Source: Candidatus Portnoybacteria bacterium (GTDB lineage Bacteria; Patescibacteriota; Minisyncoccia; Portnoybacterales; GWB1-42-6). From it: a stretch of DNA of 64,000 nt. The notes below the pieces were generated by a model. It did no database searches and had not been told where the DNA came from. It saw only the letters and a program-made list of their open reading frames with translations. Of the stretch, positions 38,424 through 47,990 are shown piece by piece. The translations under genes and the position numbers were made by a program. Each line of letters opens with the position of its first letter. The stretch's first letter is position 1. The stretch covers positions 67-64,066 of the forward strand of contig JACQXN010000006.1 in assembly GCA_016208745.1 (NCBI GenBank), in the 5' to 3' direction.

Positions 38424-39653
38424 TTGCTTTATTTAATTTTTATATGCCATAATAAAATTATGAGGATATTATCAAATGATTTTTTTTCAAACGCCTTCCC
38501 TGCAAAACAAGTATCATCCGGCGGACCAGCGAGATTTGCGAAAAGCCTTTCCCAGGCAGCTATAAATGAAGGTGGCTCCTGGATTGGCATTATTATAAGA
38601 AACGAGAAAGAATCTCAGATTAAAATTGAAAATCTAAAAAAAGAAGGCCGCGCTTCCTATTGGAAACTTACGCTTCCTACTAAACTCTATAAAAAAATTA
38701 CGCTTGGCAAAAAAAATAATTCTCCTGAAATAATTTTAAAGCCTGTTATTGACAAGCTTAAATTATTTATTGAGAAAAGCCGACCGGATGTTATTTTTTT
38801 AAATGGCTTCTCTATATATGCATGGATAGTTTTGAAAGCGGCTTTTGAAACAAAAACTCCCCTGGTCATCAAACACGCTGGAATCCTCAAAAAAGAAATT
38901 GACATATATCATGATTTTTTCAGCAAGGCTGGGGCAAAAATCCTTTATGAGACTGAACGAGAAATTTCTGATATAGCAAGGTATGAGATATTTTTAAATA
39001 AATGGAGCTGGAATGTTTATAATAAAGAGGTTCGCAAAGTAAGTAAAAAACAAGGGGTAATCATACCGCTTCCTCTGCCAAACGGTTATATTTTAAAACG
39101 GCACAAACCAAAACGCGTTGAAAAAATAATTCATATTGGAATGGTGGCGCGCTGGGATAGAATAAAAAATCATCCGGCTGCCCTGGCTTTAGCCAAAAGG
39201 ATAAACGAACTCAAGCTTCCCTGGAAAATACATTCAATAACTTTAATCCCCGAAACAAAGCACAATCCGCAATTAAAAGAAGAGTATAAAAAATATATAT
39301 CTGTTGAAAAGCAAAGAAGCGCTGAAGCTTTAAAAAAATTCTACAGAAAAATGGACTTAATTATAATTCCTTCTCATTTTGATGTTTCCCCGGGTATTGT
39401 GCTGGAAGCTGTTTCAGAAGGAGTCGGCGTTTTAATTTCGCCCAACGTAGGCTGGGTTAGTGAATTTAAAAGAGCAGGCGCTGGCGAATGGATAATTGAT
39501 TTTTCAAACCCAGATAAAGTTGTAAGAAGAATTAAAAAACTAATCGGCAAAGAAATCCCCTATTCCTTGCTCAAATCAATAGAGGAAAATCATAATTCAA
39601 AAAGAGTTTTTGGAAAATATTTAGAAATTTTTAAAAAAGCAACAAAAATATGA
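38424..39653 (+). CDS. glycosyltransferase, GT1/GT4-like (start possibly the internal MRILSNDFF)
   Basis: C-terminal GT-B Rossmann region with a ..IIPSHFDVSPGIVLEA.. (E..E-type) motif. Confidence 0.65.
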   Translation: MLYLIFICHNKIMRILSNDFFSNAFPAKQVSSGGPARFAKSLSQAAINEGGSWIGIIIRNEKESQIKIENLKKEGRASYWKLTLPTKLYKKITLGKKNNSPEIILKPVIDKLKLFIEKSRPDVIFLNGFSIYAWIVLKAAFETKTPLVIKHAGILKKEIDIYHDFFSKAGAKILYETEREISDIARYEIFLNKWSWNVYNKEVRKVSKKQGVIIPLPLPNGYILKRHKPKRVEKIIHIGMVARWDRIKNHPAALALAKRINELKLPWKIHSITLIPETKHNPQLKEEYKKYISVEKQRSAEALKKFYRKMDLIIIPSHFDVSPGIVLEAVSEGVGVLISPNVGWVSEFKRAGAGEWIIDFSNPDKVVRRIKKLIGKEIPYSLLKSIEENHNSKRVFGKYLEIFKKATKI

Positions 39654-40711
39654 AAATAGCTCAACTTGTTTCAAATTTACATTCAGCTTCGCCTTTGGCA
39701 AATTACGCTATATATTCACATGTTGCCTGGCTAACCAACGGGCTGGTTGAGCTAGGACATAGTGTTGATTTATTCGCGGCCGGCGACTCCCAAACTAAAG
39801 GCGAACTTTCTTCTGTCACGCCCGAATCAACATATACAATACCAGATATGACAGAAGACATAAAAAAACATTATGTCCATCTTTTAATATCTAAATGCTA
39901 TAACCGCGCCAAAGAAGTTGATATTATTCATTCTCATTTTAATTTATTAAGCTCTTTTTATTCGAATATTGTCTGCACGCCAACCGTTCAGTCTATTCAT
40001 AGTCCGGTAAATGAAAATGTGCGCCCTTTATTATCGCAATTTAAAAATAACCGCTACATTTCTTTCTCTTTAGCACAACGAAAAGCTTTGCCTGAATTAA
40101 ACTGGATTGCCAATATATATCATGGCGTTGATACCGATTTATTTTCTTATAATCCAGACCCTCTGGATTATTTTTTATTTTTAGGCAGAGTTACAGAAGA
40201 CAAAGGCGTACATCTGGCTATTGAGGCTGCTAAAGCCGCAAATGTCCCTTTGATAATCGCCGGCAAGAGCTACCCAACAGAGGGTTATTGGCATGGAAAA
40301 ATTGAAGAGCATATTGATGGTAAAATGATTAGGTACGTCGGCGAGGCGGATTTTGAAAAGAAAATTGAATGGTTAAAAAAAGCTAAATGCTTGCTTATGC
40401 CAGTGCAATGGGAGGAGCCGTTCGGCATGGTAATGATTGAGGCTATGGCCTGCGGCACGCCAGTGGTTGGATTCAAGCGGGGCTCTATTCCTGAAGTTGT
40501 CGCTGATCGCAAAACAGGCTATGTTGTTGAAAATGTTTCTGAAATGGTTGAGGCGATAAAAAACATTGATAAAATCAGCCGTCAAGAGACGCGTAAACGG
40601 GCCGAAATTTATTTTAGCGTGGAAAAAATGGTTTCTGGCTACGCGAAAGTTTATCAACGCGTCATTGAAGAACATAAATTCCGCGAAGACAAGAAAAATA
40701 ACAAAAGCTAG
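39650..40711 (+). CDS. glycosyltransferase family 4
   Basis: FLGRVTEDKG.. and EPFGMVMIEAMACGTPVV motifs; 4-nt overlap with the upstream glycosyltransferase. Confidence 0.85.
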   Translation: MKIAQLVSNLHSASPLANYAIYSHVAWLTNGLVELGHSVDLFAAGDSQTKGELSSVTPESTYTIPDMTEDIKKHYVHLLISKCYNRAKEVDIIHSHFNLLSSFYSNIVCTPTVQSIHSPVNENVRPLLSQFKNNRYISFSLAQRKALPELNWIANIYHGVDTDLFSYNPDPLDYFLFLGRVTEDKGVHLAIEAAKAANVPLIIAGKSYPTEGYWHGKIEEHIDGKMIRYVGEADFEKKIEWLKKAKCLLMPVQWEEPFGMVMIEAMACGTPVVGFKRGSIPEVVADRKTGYVVENVSEMVEAIKNIDKISRQETRKRAEIYFSVEKMVSGYAKVYQRVIEEHKFREDKKNNKS

Positions 40712-40734
40712 TTTTTCTAACAAATAAAAATAAC

Positions 40735-40775
40735 GCGCTCCGTGAAAAAAGTTTAAAACGGAGCGCGTTATGAAT
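40735..40775 (-). terminator. 11-bp stem hairpin aacgcgctccg..cggagcgcgtt with a T-rich tail on the minus strand
   Basis: Hairpin and T-run on the minus strand. Confidence 0.5.
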
Positions 40776-40815
40776 ATCTGCTTCCAAAATATAACCTATT
40801 TTCTGCCGAAATTTT

Positions 40816-41283
40816 TTACATAGACAAGCAACCAAAACCGCCAAACCCCTTGCCGTGCTTTCCCATCATCTTTGTCATTTGCCCCATATGCTCTTCCATA
40901 AACTGCATACGCTGGTCAGCCTGAGCCTGAGTGATTACCCCCTGATCAACTAAGGTCTTTAAATAATCGGTCATCTGCTGTTTTCTTTGATCAGTCATTT
41001 TCTGTTTTAGCTGTTCGGTGGTAATGTTGTGCTCTTTGGCCAATTCTTCCAGGGTCTTGCCTTGAGCCCAAGCATTTTTTACATCATCAATGCCAACGCC
41101 CAATAAGTCAGCTTCTTTCTGAAACATTGTTTGCTGTTGTTGTGCCATCTGTTCGGGAGTGGCATTGTTGGCTGTACCCATTCCAAACATCCCGAAATGA
41201 AACCAGCCTTGAGCAGAGGCAACGCCTGCTATCGCAAGCCCCATGACAGGCAGAATCAAATAAAGAAGGTATCTTTTTTTCAT
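40816..41283 (-). CDS. secreted Gln/Met-rich hypothetical protein with signal peptide
   Basis: Signal peptide ending ASAQG. Confidence 0.55.
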   Translation of the reverse strand: MKKRYLLYLILPVMGLAIAGVASAQGWFHFGMFGMGTANNATPEQMAQQQQTMFQKEADLLGVGIDDVKNAWAQGKTLEELAKEHNITTEQLKQKMTDQRKQQMTDYLKTLVDQGVITQAQADQRMQFMEEHMGQMTKMMGKHGKGFGGFGCLSM

Positions 41284-41594
41284 AAACTTTAAAGTTAATA
41301 ATTATTTCTCTATTTTAATTTTAGATTAATAATTTTACTCTCCGTCCCGCTGAATTATACTCAGCAAATATTTTTACTGAGAGTTCGCAGGATTTCGACC
41401 TTTTCCAGCACAACGACGAGAGACAAGCCGTTCTGGATTATTATATAATACGACGCCTCTTATTTATTTATTTCGCTTATACGGTCTTCATTTAAGAAGG
41501 AAAGCAGGATGAACAATTCGCCTCTCATAGAAAGATAACCTTCATCCGGCTTTCATTAATTATTACAAATAAGGCACGGGATATATTACAAAAT

Positions 41595-41623
41595 TAAAAC
41601 GGGGATTTTGTCCCCGTTTTTTT
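41595..41623 (-). terminator. intrinsic terminator aacggggattttgtccccgtt flanked by T/A runs, downstream of the P-type ATPase
   Basis: Hairpin with U-runs on both strands. Confidence 0.6.
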
Positions 41624-41635
41624 ATACCCATAAAC

Positions 41636-41756
41636 AAACTTTGCCCCCACACCAGAATGCCCCACGCGTGAGCGCGGAGATAAATGGTGAAATGACCCCG
41701 CAGAGTATAGTCCCAATCCATGAGCGCAAACCCATGGTGTGGGGGTTTGCTAATCT
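41636..41756. repeat. hairpin repeat family member R3 (CCCCCACACCAGAATGCCCCAC ... CCATGGTGTGGGGG) carrying a ~70-nt internal insertion
   Basis: Terminal arms nearly identical to R1. Confidence 0.5.
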
Positions 41757-43797
41757 AGTACTTTTTAACTTTTAGCATTTTGGCATTTATCGCCACAACC
41801 ACAGTGCTTAATGACATAAAGATGGCTCCCAAAGCCGGCGAGAGCAAAATTCCAGAACCTGCCAAAACCCCTGCCGCCAATGGAATCGCCACTACATTAT
41901 AACCAGTCGCCCAAGCTAAATTTTGCACCATTTTTTTGTAAGTCGCCTTGCCAAAAAGAACGAGCGAGGCAATATCTATAGGATTGCTGTTGACTAAAAT
42001 TATATCTGCGGTTTCCGCAGCAATATCAGTCCCGCTGCCAATGGCAATTCCCACATCCGCCTGAGCCAATGCTGGGGCATCGTTTATTCCGTCTCCAACC
42101 ATCGCCACGTATTCTCCTTTAGATTGAAGCTCTTTAACTTTCTCTTGTTTTTGATGTGGCAAAACGCCAGCAAAATATCCATCCAGCTTCAACTCATTGG
42201 ATACATTTTTGGCAGAACTTTCATTATCCCCAGTCAGCATCCACATCTTGATTTTTTCTTTTCTTAATAACTTTATGGCATCATACGATTCATCTCGGAT
42301 TGTGTCGGAAAGATTTAAGGCACCGACTAAAGTCAGTCCATTATTTTCAACCGCCACAAATATCAGCGTGCCCTCCATTTGATTTAATGAATCTGGAGCG
42401 GTTAATCCCAGATCTTTCAAATATCCGGGGCTGGAAATTATTGTTTTTTTGTTATCAACGATTGCTTCTATGCCCCTGCCTTTTATTGCTTTAAAACTAG
42501 CTACTTCTAGTTTCCCAATTTTTTTGTTTTCCGCTTCAGCAATTATCGCTCTAGCAATAGGATGTTCGGAATTTTGTTCCAAAGCTGTAGCGATTTTTAA
42601 AATTTTGTCTTCGCTATAATTATTGTCCAAAGCATAAATTTTTTTTACACTGAATGTTCCCTTGGTTAATGTCCCAGTCTTGTCAAAAATAATTGTTGTT
42701 ATTTTTCTTGCGTTTTCAAAAGCCGTCCGATTTCTAATTAAAAGTCCGTTTTGGGCCGATATGGTCGTGGAAATCGCCACAACCAAGGGCACTGCCAATC
42801 CAAGAGCGTGAGGACAAGCAATAATAAGGACTGTGGCTGTCCGTTCTATTGCAAAGGCGATATCCTTGCCCAAAACAAGCCAAGTTACAAAAGTTATCGT
42901 TCCAATTGTGAGAGCGATGAGTGTCAGCCAAAATGCCGCTCTATCGGCCAAAAGCTGGGTTTTTGATTTTGAACTTTGGGCATTTTTCACCAGTTTTATC
43001 ACTTTAGAAAGATATGTCTCCTCGCCCACGCCCTCCACTCGTATTTCCAACGAACCCTCCTCCGTAATAGAGCCGCCAATGATTTTAGAATTTATTTCTT
43101 TTGAAACTGGTTTAGCTTCGCCAGTAAGCATTGACTCATTCACAAAACTTTCTCCTTTTGCTACAATCCCGTCAGTTGGAATTTTCTCGCCTGGTTTTAC
43201 TAAAATTATGTCTCCCCTTTTAAGCTCGCCAACATCCACATCAATCATTTCATTGCCTTTTTTAAGATGGGCTTTGTCGGGAATAAGTTGAGACAATTTC
43301 TCCAGGGCTCTTGACGCCCCCATTGCTGATTTCATCTCCAGCCAATGTCCCAAAAGCATAATATCAATCAAGGTGGCTAGTTCCCAAAAAAATACTTCGC
43401 CCCCAAGTCCAAAAGTTACCGCCAAACTATAAAAATATGCCACAGAGATAGCCAAAGAGATAAGCGTCATCATTCCTAACGCTTTATGCTTGATTTCTCC
43501 CACCGCGCCGACAAGAAATGGACTGCCACCAAAGAAAAAAACAAACGATGAGATTAATAATAAAATTATTTGGTCGTTTGGGAATCTGAAAGAAATATTC
43601 AGCAAATCTTGAATGAACGGAGAAAGAAACAAAATTGGCAAAGTCAAAGCCAAGGAAACATAGAATTTTCTTTTGAAATTTTCAATGGAATGGCCGGCGT
43701 GTTTATTATACCCTTCTTCCTGATCGTGATTATGTTTCATTTCTGCCATAGGCGAAGAATGGTTCATTTTCTCATGGTTATGATGATTGTGTTCCAT
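41755..43797 (-). CDS. P1B-type heavy-metal ATPase, CopB-like (His-rich N-terminus, CPH motif)
   Basis: DKTGTLT, CPH, MLTGDN and GDGINDAPAL motifs; N-terminal MEHNHHNH.. Confidence 0.9.
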   Translation of the reverse strand: MEHNHHNHEKMNHSSPMAEMKHNHDQEEGYNKHAGHSIENFKRKFYVSLALTLPILFLSPFIQDLLNISFRFPNDQIILLLISSFVFFFGGSPFLVGAVGEIKHKALGMMTLISLAISVAYFYSLAVTFGLGGEVFFWELATLIDIMLLGHWLEMKSAMGASRALEKLSQLIPDKAHLKKGNEMIDVDVGELKRGDIILVKPGEKIPTDGIVAKGESFVNESMLTGEAKPVSKEINSKIIGGSITEEGSLEIRVEGVGEETYLSKVIKLVKNAQSSKSKTQLLADRAAFWLTLIALTIGTITFVTWLVLGKDIAFAIERTATVLIIACPHALGLAVPLVVAISTTISAQNGLLIRNRTAFENARKITTIIFDKTGTLTKGTFSVKKIYALDNNYSEDKILKIATALEQNSEHPIARAIIAEAENKKIGKLEVASFKAIKGRGIEAIVDNKKTIISSPGYLKDLGLTAPDSLNQMEGTLIFVAVENNGLTLVGALNLSDTIRDESYDAIKLLRKEKIKMWMLTGDNESSAKNVSNELKLDGYFAGVLPHQKQEKVKELQSKGEYVAMVGDGINDAPALAQADVGIAIGSGTDIAAETADIILVNSNPIDIASLVLFGKATYKKMVQNLAWATGYNVVAIPLAAGVLAGSGILLSPALGAIFMSLSTVVVAINAKMLKVKKY

Positions 43798-43802
43798 AAT
43801 TT

Positions 43803-44219
43803 TTATTTAGCAGCTCTACTATAGAATATATAACATAGCGACGGGACAAGCATCATTTGAAGTATTGGGGTTAATCCCACGTTAAGCAAAGGGGCAATCG
43901 GCATCATGGAATTATATCCCCACCTGCCAGTCGTAAGAGAATATTTTTCAACAAGAACCGCTATAATAAGACCCGTAATAATTAATGATACAAGCCTTTT
44001 TGTATTATATCTATCATTAAAAAATTTATTTCCAAAGATAAGGCGGTTTATCATAAAGATAATAGCAATTATTACTATATCTCCCAAGCTAGCCATAAGA
44101 TGTACTTTTATTAACCCGCTTGTTCCGGAATAATGTGGTGTATACAAAAAGGCTTGAGAAATTTCCCAGACAAAATTTAAAATAAAAGTTATTATTAAAA
44201 AGATTGCTATTCTTTTCAT
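43803..44219 (-). CDS. hypothetical membrane protein (138 aa)
   Basis: Four predicted TM helices. Confidence 0.5.
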   Translation of the reverse strand: MKRIAIFLIITFILNFVWEISQAFLYTPHYSGTSGLIKVHLMASLGDIVIIAIIFMINRLIFGNKFFNDRYNTKRLVSLIITGLIIAVLVEKYSLTTGRWGYNSMMPIAPLLNVGLTPILQMMLVPSLCYIFYSRAAK

Positions 44220-44426
44220 ATTTATATCATACTAAAAAATCCCAACCCTTACGAGGGGAAAAAAATCAAGCCTTTATGGCTTGAAAAATTAAGGCTCCGA
44301 ATGTGAGCAATGTTAGGAACATTTTCGAGAGACAAAATAAGTACATTCTTATATACCTGATTCGAGAAGTTTCGCTAACTCATAAACTTACCCCGCATCG
44401 CTACTCACTATTGTTGCAGCAGTTTA

Positions 44427-44672
44427 TTAAAAGTCATCTACTCCTGCCTTATAGAGGACAAGCCATAATATCAACGCGACAAACATGATAACCAAGTGAG
44501 CAAAAGCAATCCCGTAAAAAACCCGTCGCCTCTTAAAAAAAGAGTAGGCCATGACCGGTATTGATATATAAAATACGGTCTTATTATAAGGAAGGAAGAT
44601 TACCATGGCTAAGAAGGTAATAAAAAAACTAAGTAAAAATTCTTTTTTTGCTGAGTTGTGCTGTAAAGTCAT
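44427..44672 (-). CDS. small membrane protein (81 aa)
   Basis: ORF with two TM helices; a terminator hairpin lies at 44262-44280. Confidence 0.35.
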   Translation of the reverse strand: MTLQHNSAKKEFLLSFFITFLAMVIFLPYNKTVFYISIPVMAYSFFKRRRVFYGIAFAHLVIMFVALILWLVLYKAGVDDF

Positions 44673-44718
44673 CTAGTTGTAGAGGGTATTAAATATTTTA
44701 TAATATGCTAAGCGATAT

Positions 44719-45165
44719 TTATTTGCATGCCCCAAGCTCATTGCCTTGACCATCTATCCAATATTGTCCCCTAGCTTCACATTGTTGTTTTAATTCTTGT
44801 CTTATCTGTTCTGGGCTTTTAGAGAAGTTATAACCCCTTAATGGTTTATCAATTATGAAAAAAGTTATTAGCAAAAATATAATGGCGATCACTTTTCCTG
44901 TTTTTGAATAAAAAAATATGATTGCAATTAGGTAAAAAAATAGTAAATCAGGTATTATAAAGTGGTATTTCAAAAATCCAGAGGCTAAAAAAGGCAAGCT
45001 GAGAGCGAAAAACTTAAAAGGGAAACCGACCCCCTCTCTTATTCCAAGCTTAAAATCTACTACTTGAAAAAGAATAAAAAAAGAGAAGCACAAAATAATT
45101 TTACCTAAGGTTGGCCTTAATAGTTTTTTTAGTTCCATATATAAGCGTAAGAAAGGATGCCTCAA
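44719..45165 (-). CDS. hypothetical membrane protein (148 aa)
   Basis: ORF with hydrophobic helices. Confidence 0.4.
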   Translation of the reverse strand: MRHPFLRLYMELKKLLRPTLGKIILCFSFFILFQVVDFKLGIREGVGFPFKFFALSLPFLASGFLKYHFIIPDLLFFYLIAIIFFYSKTGKVIAIIFLLITFFIIDKPLRGYNFSKSPEQIRQELKQQCEARGQYWIDGQGNELGACK

Positions 45166-45176
45166 AAAAGACTTCT

Positions 45177-45250
45177 TGGCTGCGGGGGAAGGAATCGGAC
45201 CTTCATACCGGCTTCCAAAGAGCCGTGTCCTACCATTAGACGACCCCGCA
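45177..45250 (-). tRNA. tRNA-Gln (UUG) with a U1:A72 pair and encoded CCA
   Basis: Manual cloverleaf: acceptor TGCGGGG/CCCCGCA, D-stem GTCT/GGAC, anticodon stem CGGCT/AGCCG with loop CTTTGGA, and a T-arm with a non-canonical TCCGATT loop. Confidence 0.75.
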
Positions 45251-45976
45251 ATTTTTATAAATACCTTCTATCCATCCTGCTATTTTTCTGTTTAGGTTTG
45301 TACTTTTAGCAATAGTAATTCTTAATAATCCGCAGTAATTTTCACCAACATTTTTTCTTTTTGTATTTATTTTATTTTTCTTCCAGACAATTTGCTTAAA
45401 TCGAGATATCGGAAAATCTGTTATTTTTGACCAATACTTCTGGATTTCTCGTTCTCTTTTAACAGCAGTCTCGTGCAAATAAATTGAGAAAGTGATATCG
45501 CTAGGCAAAACCTGACAACATTTCTGGAGCCATCCTAAAAATATTTTTATCATCCGCGGGTCTGAATTGCCAAATTGAACTCTTGTCCCTCTTTGATGCT
45601 CTTTGGATCCCTCGGCCCAATAAAGAGCTACTCCGATAAGCCAAAGATCTCTTTTGCTTATTGCCCTTATTTCTCTTTTCGCCGCGGCTTTTATCTCTTC
45701 CGTGATTTTAATACGTTTTTCCCTACACGTCTGTTGCGCCTTAAATTGTGCTTGTCTCCGTTTTTCGGTTAGACGCTGTTTTTGTTTTTTAGCCAGACTA
45801 ACGTCTTTTAGCCACACCGACAATGTTGATTTCGCAACTGGCAACAATTTCAAAATCTCACTATATGATAAACCTCGTTTTCTATATCTGATAGCTAAAT
45901 TTTTTCTTGTTCCTTTTTTATCATAAACCACAGTTATTATCTTCTTTATTATATAACTGTGGTTCGGATACATCAA
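45236..45976 (-). CDS. HTH-containing hypothetical protein; its 3' end overlaps the tRNA-Gln 5' end
   Basis: HTH-like RGLSYSEILKLLPVAKSTLSVWLKDV; possible LAGLIDADG-like segment LIGVALYWAEGSK; 4-nt overlap with dnaX. Confidence 0.4.
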   Translation of the reverse strand: MMYPNHSYIIKKIITVVYDKKGTRKNLAIRYRKRGLSYSEILKLLPVAKSTLSVWLKDVSLAKKQKQRLTEKRRQAQFKAQQTCREKRIKITEEIKAAAKREIRAISKRDLWLIGVALYWAEGSKEHQRGTRVQFGNSDPRMIKIFLGWLQKCCQVLPSDITFSIYLHETAVKREREIQKYWSKITDFPISRFKQIVWKKNKINTKRKNVGENYCGLLRITIAKSTNLNRKIAGWIEGIYKNCGVV

Positions 45977-47112
45977 GTCCGTTTGTTCTCTAGTATCTCC
46001 ACAATCACCAATTCTAGCGGCAGTTGCGGAAATACGGCAGATTTGATCTGGTTCTCGGCGTCAATAAATAATCTAACTAGCTTAATTAAATCCGTAGCGG
46101 AAAATTTTTGCCCCTGCTCTAAAATATTTTTTAGTTGCTCTTGCGTAAATTCTGGCGCCACGAGATTTTTAAATTCGTTTATCTGTGATTCAGCAGCGGT
46201 TTTTAAAATCATCATTTTCCGGAAATAATTTATCAAAGATTTGGCAAATTGCGATAAATCATATCCTTCTTCGGCGATTTTATTAATAAAGACAATTGCT
46301 CCGGCCGCGTCTTTTTTGACAATAAAATCAACCATTGAGACTACTGCCGAAATATCAACTGTTCCCAAAATCGTTTGCACTTCTTCTAACGTTATTTCTT
46401 TATCCTCCATCGCCATCACTTGCCCTAAAAGTGATTCGGCATCTCTAACTCCGCCATCAGCGTTTAAAGCAATCAACTCCAGCGCCGCCTGGTCAATTTT
46501 TATTTTCTCTTCTTTGGCAATAAATTTTAAACGTTCAACTAAATCCGGCAAAATCAATTTATGAAAATCAAATCTTTGGCAGCGCGAAATAATGGTTTGC
46601 GGCATTTTATGGATCTCGGTTGTGGCTAAAATAAATATGGCATGCTTTGGCGGCTCTTCCAAGGTTTTTAATAACGCATTAAAAGCCTCGCGCGTTAACA
46701 TATGCACTTCGTCAATAATGAAAACTTTGTATTTTAACCGCGTTGGGCTAAATTTTATTCCTTCGCGCAATTCCCTTATTTCATCTATGCCGCGATTGGA
46801 GGCGGCATCAATTTCTATTAAATCAAGGCTTCTGCCCGCGTTTATTTCTTCACAATTGTCGCATTTATTACAGGGCTCATAGCTATGTCCAGAGCTTGTC
46901 GAAGGACAATTAACTGCCTTCGCTAAAATTCTGGCCACAGTTGTTTTGCCGGTTCCTCGCGGGCCGGTGAAAAGATAAGCGTGCGCGGTTTTGCCCAAAA
47001 CAATCGCATTAGTTAAGGTTTTAATAATGTGCGACTGATTAACAACCTCCCCAAAGCTTCTGGGGCGATATTTGCGATATAAAACGAGATTTTCCATAGG
47101 GAGTAATCGCAA
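45973..47112 (-). CDS. dnaX: DNA polymerase III subunit gamma/tau (short form)
   Basis: Walker A GPRGTGKTT, Zn module CNKCDNC, SRC-like box and Walker B IIDEVHML. Confidence 0.92.
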   Translation of the reverse strand: MRLLPMENLVLYRKYRPRSFGEVVNQSHIIKTLTNAIVLGKTAHAYLFTGPRGTGKTTVARILAKAVNCPSTSSGHSYEPCNKCDNCEEINAGRSLDLIEIDAASNRGIDEIRELREGIKFSPTRLKYKVFIIDEVHMLTREAFNALLKTLEEPPKHAIFILATTEIHKMPQTIISRCQRFDFHKLILPDLVERLKFIAKEEKIKIDQAALELIALNADGGVRDAESLLGQVMAMEDKEITLEEVQTILGTVDISAVVSMVDFIVKKDAAGAIVFINKIAEEGYDLSQFAKSLINYFRKMMILKTAAESQINEFKNLVAPEFTQEQLKNILEQGQKFSATDLIKLVRLFIDAENQIKSAVFPQLPLELVIVEILENKRT

Positions 47113-47205
47113 ATATACGAATCTGGAATAATATACCGATATACGAATTCGTATAGATCTGTATATTCGTATATTTGGGATAATTCGTATATTCGTGATT
47201 ACTCC
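47101..47205. promoter_or_regulatory. iteron-like array of TATACGAAT / ATTCGTATA repeats (at least four, including the palindrome TATACGAATTCGTATA) overlapping the dnaX start
   Basis: Repeats read directly from the sequence; the outer arms gagtaatcg..cgtgattactc are inverted. Confidence 0.45.
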
Positions 47206-47269
47206 AATATTAACTTAAAACCAAAAAAGGCGCAATTTATATCGCGCCTCTTATCATCCCACAAAATAG

Positions 47270-47968
47270 CTAAACAATCTTTCTCTGTTCCGGCTCAGAC
47301 GGCGCGATGATAGACGGTTCGGGCTTAGCGGCGTCTTTTTGGTCAAAAACAATAAATTTATAACCAATAAAGTTCCAAAGAAGCGATAGGGCAGTCGCGG
47401 CTGCTTTAGCAAGATTTGCCCAAATAGCGGGGCTTAAGTCGAAAAACGGATTGATATAAGTTGTAATTAGATAAACCAGCCCGCTGTTTACGCCAAGCCC
47501 GATAAGGCTCACGATCATAAATTGCGTAAATTCCTTACCCACGCTCTCTTTCTGAGCTTGAGATTCGCGAGCCTCTTTAAATGTCCAGAAACGATTCCAA
47601 GTATAGGAATTGGTAATAGCGATCACAAAAGAAATAGCGTTAAATAAAATTATATATTCCCCCTTATAAATGCCGGACTGCCACATCAGAATATTAAGTA
47701 TCTCAAAATCAATGAGAGTATTGAGGCCGCCTACCAAAACATATTTGACGAACTGATAAACAATTTTTATTTTTTTACCAATCAAAAATGCGACATAAAG
47801 CCCGAAAGAACACAAAATCGGCAAAATTATTATTAAAGCCCACAGATAAGGAATCTGCTTTTCTATAAAACCGATTTTAAGCGCAATAATAACCAAAAGG
47901 GCAACTACCAGCCCGATAATTAAACTTGATATAAAATCTCTTTTTTTGAAAGTAATTTCTTGATTCAT
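47270..47968 (-). CDS. GtrA-family membrane protein
   Basis: VGGLNTLIDF..N..SF.....N..WTF repeated motif and four TM helices. Confidence 0.7.
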   Translation of the reverse strand: MNQEITFKKRDFISSLIIGLVVALLVIIALKIGFIEKQIPYLWALIIILPILCSFGLYVAFLIGKKIKIVYQFVKYVLVGGLNTLIDFEILNILMWQSGIYKGEYIILFNAISFVIAITNSYTWNRFWTFKEARESQAQKESVGKEFTQFMIVSLIGLGVNSGLVYLITTYINPFFDLSPAIWANLAKAAATALSLLWNFIGYKFIVFDQKDAAKPEPSIIAPSEPEQRKIV

Positions 47969-47990
47969 AATTGCGTCTTTTTAAAAATTA

